From contig CAJFCJ010000006.1 in NCBI GenBank assembly GCA_904063045.1, forward strand, positions 682,001-746,000: a DNA stretch of 64,000 bases, read 5' to 3'. The notes below the pieces were generated by a model that did no database searches, was not told where the DNA came from, and was given only the letters and a program-made list of their open reading frames with translations. Within the stretch, counting starts at the first letter, position 1. Every line of letters starts with the position of its first letter. This document shows, piece by piece, positions 56,301 to 64,000 of the stretch. This DNA comes from Dimorphilus gyrociliatus (Eukaryota; Animalia; Annelida). The translations under genes were made by a program, and so were the position numbers.

Positions 56301-57710
56301 AGAGAAATTTCTGTAGAGTCCAGCCAGTTCTCTCCTCCCGAAACTTTGACTTGTGGTTGCTGGAGAGTGAATCTACCGACTTCCAGTTCAGACTTGAAAG
56401 ATATACTTTTTGCTCTAGCAGACACTTCCATATTAAGTTTGTTCAGTTTAGTTAGGGGTGGTGATATACAATAAGCTTTCATGGACGTATCATCACCCAT
56501 AACGTAACCAGCGTAATCGTCTTGGTCAAAACTGCATTGAGGTTTTTCTGGATGCCTGTAACAAGGACCAGAAACAGCAATTGCATTTCCTCCTAACATG
56601 TGTGTAAAAGAGGGAACAGTTTGCAAGGGTCTATCATCTTGAATTTCCTTATCACTCGAACATCCTCCTGTAATTATCATATCATCATCTACCCTATAAT
56701 AAAAGCGACCAGTAACATTTGATCCAGCAAATGGTATCAATGGTAATTGAATCATGCGCGGATTTTCCGAATAAGGCATTTTAGTGAATTGTCTGCCTTT
56801 ACCGGCATTCATTCCCATGTTTGCTGGTTTACATTTCTTGTTACTGTCTTGGGAAGTTCCTGTATCAGGGTTACAACCATTCTCAACAGCTCCATACCAA
56901 GACATTTGCAGATAGTTTATTACTGCAAATGTCATTTTTTCGTCTGTTACTAGTGCCAATTGAAAACTATTTCGAGGTCGAGAGTTAATATCTTGAGTAA
57001 CACTTGTGAAGGAAACCTGATGCCATGTTACGACAATGCCTTTAGTTGCTTCGAATTCCATTAAGTTAGGTATAGCACCAACAACATCACGACTAATGAA
57101 TTTTAACATTCCTTTTGTTATATCCTTGTGAACATCGTCGTCTTCGTCCAAGAGCCTATAATACAATTTGCTAAACTCTCCCCTTGGTATTTGTTGAGCA
57201 TGAAAATCGGTCCTTTCAAAAAACGGAGCAATAAAAGGAAAATCATCAACTTTTGGATAATCAGGATTCGGAAATTCCTTCGCGTAAGGCGTAGATTTGG
57301 CTGGCTTATTTCTAGAGAAAGCTATATGACCATAATGAGATATCTGAAAAGTATATCAGAGAATGATTTTGCCTGATTAGAGATGATAACCTACCCATAT
57401 TGCTGGATAATTAATTCCATAAAAGGGAAATGACCAAGTTATTTTGGGATCTATTCCTTTTTCTGACGAATGAGGAGTAACAATATTTGTATCAAAATAA
57501 GTTTCATTATAAGGATACATTCTTTCTCTTTCTATATAATCCGAATTATCTTGGAAATGCTTGTAGTATTCTTTATAGTATATTACAATAAGATTATTCA
57601 CTTTTTAAGTTGTTAAAAAATAACTAACCATCAAAACTTGATAGGGAAGATACACATCCTATGGCTATAGCCGATATAAAAAAGACGGAGAAACGTTCAA
57701 GTAGCGTCAT
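53350..57710 (-). CDS. SUSD2/Mesh-like protein (signal, NIDO, IPT, AMOP, VWD, Sushi, TM, Pro-rich tail)
   Basis: NIDO FPFIAPF and NSFQLALVTD; IPT MLGGNAIAVSGPC; AMOP PCPCT...HCCY; VWD YGDPHFLTWEDVEYTFNG; a Sushi Cys pattern; TM IAISVPVGVVLILGIILAIVIFCL. Confidence 0.93.
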
Positions 57711-57892
57711 ATTTTCATCGAAGAGCTATCTTGAGGAAAATTTAAGTTATCATTAAAAAAATAGGCCAATTCCAGTACTATTGAATATTACATATTGATT
57801 GACTCAGACCGGAACTGGTAAGGTGAAAGCTTTACCTGTACAATAATTTTAATCATTGAGCGCCATCTGTTGGCCTCATTTAACTAACAACT

Positions 57893-58588
57893 ATGCAAGA
57901 ATCTGTTACAGGTCGCAAATTGGAGAGCCTTTTACCTCCTTACGAGTCTCCTCCACCATGGATTCCTCCTCATCTAGTAGCAGAATGTTTTTTAGAGGAT
58001 TCTCTTGAATAATTTTTGAAAATTTTTGCAGAGAAAAGGGCACATGTTTTATGATAACGACATCGAGCAGTTCCTCCCCAGGATCTTATACATTCGTAGA
58101 CAAAATTCTCAATCTACGGTATGCATGTTTACTTATGTCAAGTTGGGTATTCACCCTGCAAATGGTTGTATTTTTTTCTAGTTAGGGTTTCATATAAGAG
58201 GAGGAAAAGAATATCATTGCGCCATTTATGTCTCTAAAGGTTCCTACTAACTATCTTGAATAAATAAAAGAAAATACAATCTGTTTTATACACAGTTATT
58301 CAGGGATCGGAAGCTGAAAGAGTCGGACTATGCGAAGGTGACCAAATCTTAGCAGTTAATGGAGTATCGTTTGAAAATCTATCACATTCGGAGGTTTAAA
58401 AGAAAGTAAAACTGTTACATAATGAAACTTATGCAAAAATTCCATTGCAGGCTGTTAGAGTTTTAACTGGAACCAATGAAGTAGAAATTACTGTGAAATA
58501 TTTCCCCTATGGATATCGAAGATCTTTTGATAGAACAAATCTAATAGCCGACATTCAAGATCAGGAGAAAGACAGGTTTTATCGATAG
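57893..58588 (+). CDS. PDZD11: PDZ domain-containing protein 11
   Basis: LPPYESPPPWIPPH, EQFLPR, LGFHIRGGK, GDQILAVNGVSFENLSHSEAV, KYFPYGY. Confidence 0.94.
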
Positions 58589-59067
58589 GAACTGGAGATA
58601 TTATATCTAAAATACTGACTGCTTTTTTAGTTATTGATATTGCATATAAATAAATTATTAAAAATAAATTTACAAGATAAAATAGTTTTGAAAATATATG
58701 CATTAACATTTAGGACAAACTATGTTTGTAAAATGGTACTTATCATCTAGATGTCGCTAGGTCAGTAATGCATAGGGCTGTATACTTTACTTGGGATGCT
58801 AGAAACTGGTATATTTCTTTGAATAATAAATGTGATATCAGATGCTGCAACAATCAATAGATGATAAAACCTAAATGCAAGGTAAAAGGTTTTTTTGGTT
58901 ATACAATTCAAATTGGCATTACTTGTGTAATCTATCTTATAAGTTATCCATGTCAAATCTCTATTAGAATACTGGCGAAGAATATTGTAACAATAAGTCT
59001 GCCATGAAAACAACCCCTTTTAGTAGATAATTTTAATGGACCATTAATCTGAAGAAAAATTTACGGA

Positions 59068-62000
59068 ATGGCAACCAGAGCAGCAGCATGTAAAACAATT
59101 ATTATTGACTTTAACTTAAATTTTATTGTAAATTGCTGTCTTTTAAATTTCAGTTTCATCAAAAATACGAAATCTAAAAGATTATCACTATAGAATAATC
59201 AATAACTTAACACCCCAACCTTCGGGAGTGGACGTTGCAAATACTTTAAAATATTTTTCTCAGACTCTTTTAAGGTTTGTATTATTAAGGATTACTTGAG
59301 TAAAATGAAGATTTGACTTTATTAAAAATATAGCGTCCTAAAGGATGTTCCACCAGTTCTTAGTGGTTTCTCTTTCACTGAAAGGCAGCAAGATTTCGTT
59401 AGATCATCTTTATTTCCTAGTTTAAATTATTCGGGTTTATATCAAGCGGTTATTAGCATATTAGACATAGTTCCCCAAATTCACCAGGGTCAAATGAGTG
59501 AGTTTTAAAGGATCAACTATAAATTGCATTTAATACATACTTTTTAAATTATTAAAGCTTTGGGAGTTGCTGTCTTAAATGTTCTCGGCTGTTTGGTATC
59601 TTTTATTGAGAACGAAGTGTTGGATACTCTTCCATTTACTGTCGCTTCAACCCTTGCCTTTTTCCCCGTATCACTTCAGTATCACATTATCAGTCTATTA
59701 TGTAACAACTTACTGCCTATTACGTTAGGCTATTACGGGATAAATGATTCTCCGACTTATGCCTCCAATTCAGTGGCTTCAATTTTAATGCTAGTATATC
59801 AACATGTAGAAAATCCTGCTTATCACTCAAGAGTTTTGGAATGTTTTATGAGTTATAAGAAAAATGTTGTTAAAGTAAGCGTTGATACGAAATGACAATG
59901 TTTAGGAATAATAATAATAATGGCTTCTTAATAGGACCTGTTAATGGTAATAGCATATGGTCCTCCTGCAGCTAAAACACCTGCAGTTGTTCATCTTTTT
60001 CACTATTGGCCTCAAATGGATCCTGCCCTCACCGACAAACGTGGTATTCACTTCAAATTTACTGGTGAATATAAAATTTATTTCTTAATTCTTTAATAAT
60101 TTCATTCTGTATAATTATCATAATTCGATTACGCGATACAAATTTTTTACTGAATCTTAACAGGGAAGAGTTTCACGGGTAAGATGGTTACAGAAATAGT
60201 TTAGACACTAGTTGTTTATAATAGTTAGTACTAACAATTTTTGGTAAGCGAGCGCGATTGCCCAGTTTTAGTTGGCTTTCAATATCAAAATTTTTTTTAG
60301 AGCTTAAGGGGCTTTCTGCTTTCCCTAATTCGTGTTTCGATTTTACTTAATTAAAAGCCTTGTTTTGCCTACAATTTTATATTATGTTTAGAGTGGACGC
60401 CAATCTTATGTCAGAAAGAAGGTTGCTTAAATAAAAATGAAAGTCGAGCTGTTAAGGTATCCATAATAGAAATTAGATTATTAATTGTCGTCAAATAATA
60501 ATGTTTGTTTTTTAACAAGATGTGTATGGATCCCACACTTGTGGTACAATGCAGTGAACAATCCCCGCCATTGTATTTGTGCGTTGATTGTGCTCATGTT
60601 CTTCGACACGAGCATGAAAAGAAGCTGATTCCTGTTCTGAAACCTTTAGAACGGATTGTTTCACTTAAATGTGAAAATAAAGTATTTAACGTTTTTTTAG
60701 AGTTTGATAGATTGTTACTGTACTTTCATTGTTTCAGAACTGTATGTCCCCAAAAAATAATGCAATAAGCACATGCTTTTCAAATGAATGTGCCAGCATA
60801 CTTGGCTGCAGGCCTATTCGCTTATGCCAAGCTTGTCATGAAGTATGAATAATTTTGTAATTTTAAAGATTATCTAAAGCCAATCTCCCTTAGTTAAAAC
60901 ATGATAAAGAAAAAGAAAAATCTCATATTTATGCAATGAGCATGCCTGATTTATGGTCAAGTCCTTCCGATATGCAATGGATTTTGGTTGAAGCTATAGT
61001 TAGGTTTGTAGACGTTTTTAACTCACAGCTTGTAAAGCAGGTAGCTTCAGATCAGATATTCTATTTTAGTCTGCTAAAAGAGGCTGAGCCTATTGAAGAC
61101 AAACGAAAGGTAGAAATGGGCGAGGAAAGGTTAGTCACTGGTTTAGCAGACATGAACGACGATGATGCAGAAAACGATGCAAGTTCAAATATCTCAAATC
61201 TTTCCTATAAGTTAATATAATTTGGATTTTCAGGGGAGCGATGATAGAAAGCTGCTTAGTAGATACGGTATATTGTTAATCGTTGAACTATGTAAACCAA
61301 AAGAGACTATGCCTATTGTAAGTGTATAATTTATAAGAAAGATGAATGTCAAAGAGAGTTTTTCATAGGATTTACTTGGGAGAATATTAGCTATGCTTTT
61401 TCATTGGTTTGATGCTACCGCCTATTTATCAGATGGTGAAGTCAAAGTTCTATCTCATTAAATAGTAAATGTCACTGAAAAAATTTTTCAGATATTGCCG
61501 GAAATGCTTTAGAAAAGTTGAAACCCAATTATATATGTGCTTGGTTAAAAACAATTTGTAGAACTCATCTGGAAGTAGTAATATCTTGTCTGCTACCTCA
61601 TCCCTGTGAATATGCCAAAGTCGGAGGCCATTGGTAGATATGAACAATTATTTATATAGTAGAAATTTTTTAATGTAAAATTTCATATAGGGAAACACTC
61701 TCATCAAGGACAAGTCAAATAAAAGAAGGGCTAAATCGTTTGTTTTGTTTGGTTCCCTACGATATAGTAACATTCGAAGTATGGGATTATGTTATGCCAT
61801 TTTGGATGGAAGCTATAAGAACAGAAATTCCAAGACAGGAGCAAATGGAATTAAAAGTCTTGTTATGGTTTGTAAAAAGGATATTTAGATCCAATTTAAA
61901 TAATAGTAATCCCTTAATCAACAGTAAAGTTTTTGATGTCGATATGTGCCCTTTGTCCTTCGATATGGAACACGTCTATCATTTCATTAGCGAGAAATTT

Positions 62001-64000
62001 GAAAACACATCATCCTCTGTTCAGGAACAAACTTTACTATGGCTTCAGATTTTGTCATTAGTTGACATAATAGTTCCCCTGCATATTCTCCTAGATATGT
62101 TTCAGAAAGGGGTACAAACAATGAAACTCGAAGGTTAGTCGCTGTTTTATCTTTGATTTGAGTATTCTACTTTAATTGTTACAGAGAAAGATGATATCGA
62201 GCAAGAGGCTCATGAGAACTTAGATGAACCAGTAGAAAATGTTACCTGTTACCTTCTCATGCTGGATATTACTCTCAAACAAATTGAGATGCAGTCTATG
62301 TCAGCTCATATGGGAGTATACAACGAAACTAGTAAACAATTAATGTTGCTGTTGACCTCTATGATATCTACTCCATGGCAAGGCAAACATACCTGTGACT
62401 CGGATACAGAAATAATTGAGTGCAAGTCTTGTGAAAACGGTGCAATTTGGCATCAAATAGCTTATCAGGTAAGGATAACTTTGTTTTTGAAAACTCATCA
62501 TAAACTAGTTTTGTAGTTATTGGCCTATATAACACCAAGAGATGAAATTCAAATTCCTGAAAAAGATATACCGCGAATAGATGAAATTCATCATAATATA
62601 TTCTCAAAATCAGGTATACGGATTTTATTCTTTGCATCAATAAATATGAAAACCAAAGCTGCTATGACAGATAAAGAAACTCCAGTTACTGAACAAAAAG
62701 TTGATGATGTTAATCTTCAATTGAATGTAGACCAGCAATTGCCTCATCTTCAACTTTTATACGCTTTACTTCAAGTAAAATGATCTAATCTATCACAACT
62801 AATGTAATAATCCGAAATTACTCTCGTATTTTACAGGAACTATCCCACCAAACAGACGCTGACGCCCTTTTCTATCTTCTGCACTCCCTCAGGTATTTAT
62901 GCTTACACGGGGAGTGCTTAAATTATGGAATAAGAGACAACGAAATGCTTGTAAAACATTGTCTGAAAACACTGTTTATTCCGAGGTAAATTTAACTTCT
63001 TTTAATAATTCCTAATTGGTTTGTAAATATTTATCAAGTATATGGAGGCTTTTGGAAGCCAAGCATTCGACCTTGGGTACGATTGGCGTTCCATTGCTAC
63101 TTCATTGCTTAACTATTCCATCTGGTGCTGATGTATTTTGGCATCTCGTTGAGGAAGATTTCACAAGTGAAGATTGGACATCCAGATTTTCTGCAGTCGA
63201 AAAAGTAGTTATTGTATCTCGTCTTATTCAACCTGAAACCATTATGAACAATCATGTAAGTTTGAAAAAGTTCTTTTGGATCTCTTAATTAAATATAACA
63301 TTACAGGTTATCTTAACTGCTATTGCTCATGCAACGTGCTATTTGATCGATATGTTGAATGATGTTAAACCAGAAGTTGCTCAGCGCACCCTTTTGTATT
63401 TAGACACAATTAAAACATCATCGTTAAAGGTATCATTTCATTCAGAACATTATGTATTGTGAAGCAACTATACTTTAAAACAAACTTTGTTTCTCAACAG
63501 TTTTTGATGCATGCATTGGAGTTTCAATTCGATTCCGTAATAAGTGACCGTAGTATGATAATGCAACGAATCTATTTATTATTCGTAGCTTTAAGGAACA
63601 AAAGGGAGGTAATCGGTTGGGAATTTTTCCTGAGTAGATTCGATACCCTGTGCTTGGAGGCTCAACTCGATTTGGACAATAGCGTTGATGCCTCAAGCGT
63701 TACTGGTAAGATTATCATTCAAACGTTTAGAGTAGCGTTAATGATTACACAAACCGAAAGCAACCTTGTTTTCTTACCTGCCGATTATAGAAACTTTATA
63801 AAAGTTTTTACATCCCTTAGAGCACGAGAAAACCGGTACGTAATGATAGAATAGATTAAATATCTATTAACATTCGGCACATTATATAACTGTCTTTCAC
63901 AATCGATTCACACTGTATCGTAAATAATTTTTATCATTATATTATGGCATTTGTCCTATTATATTACAATATTCGCTTATAAGAATTTCTGTATTTTTTA
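59068..64000 (+). CDS. UNC79: UNC79, NALCN channel complex subunit (5' part; continues beyond the window)
   Basis: FSSKIRNLKDYH, PSGVDVANTLKYFSQTLL, IAYGPP, LFHYWP, MCMDPT, PPLYLCVDC, EGLNRLFCLVPYDIVT, IGWEFFLSRFDTLCLEAQ. Confidence 0.96.

Noticed and set aside
60457-60519. Possible U12 intron in UNC79 (GTATCCAT)
   Set aside because: The donor departs from RTATCCTT and the branch-like TTTTTAAC is too close to the acceptor.

Overview
AT-rich, highly compact animal genomic DNA. I count about 32 protein-coding genes in 64 kb, most introns are 40-70 nt, and there are many head-to-head promoters. This fits a miniaturised invertebrate bilaterian genome; the annelid Dimorphilus gyrociliatus is a candidate, but that is inference. 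Gene order: partial Cys-rich membrane protein, RhoA, TMCO4, CHEK2, LSM8, IL17RD-like SEFIR receptor, NET1/ARHGEF3 RhoGEF, claudin-like, TOM5-like, DLD, small orphan, glutaredoxin-fold protein, COPS7, GOLIM4 (about 80-Q tract), neurocalcin-like, class A GPCR, TRIT1, IQ-motif SCHIP1, TMEM243, claudin-like, orphan, secreted Ig protein, mini transmembrane protein, ADAP-like ArfGAP, TMEM127, ULK4, MRPL35, TAF9, USP deubiquitinase, SUSD2/mesh-like, PDZD11 and the 5' part of UNC79. LSM8, TOM5-like and TMEM243 are missing from the ORF track, and the glutaredoxin-fold gene appears only as a fragment. I recognised no rRNA, tRNA, CRISPR or transposon. The most unusual signals are three apparently inactive signalling proteins: a lipid-anchored glutaredoxin with SQHS for CxxC, a myristoylated neurocalcin with degenerate EF-hands and a phospho-motif tail, and an ADAP with Lys at the arginine finger. 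Also notable are a SEFIR receptor with almost no ectodomain, an invertebrate IQCJ-SCHIP1 architecture, a polyQ exon with several in-phase acceptors, an exon-mirroring repeat in a ULK4 intron, and a candidate UNC79 microexon. All gene models are manual, and family assignments come from recalled motifs, not database searches.
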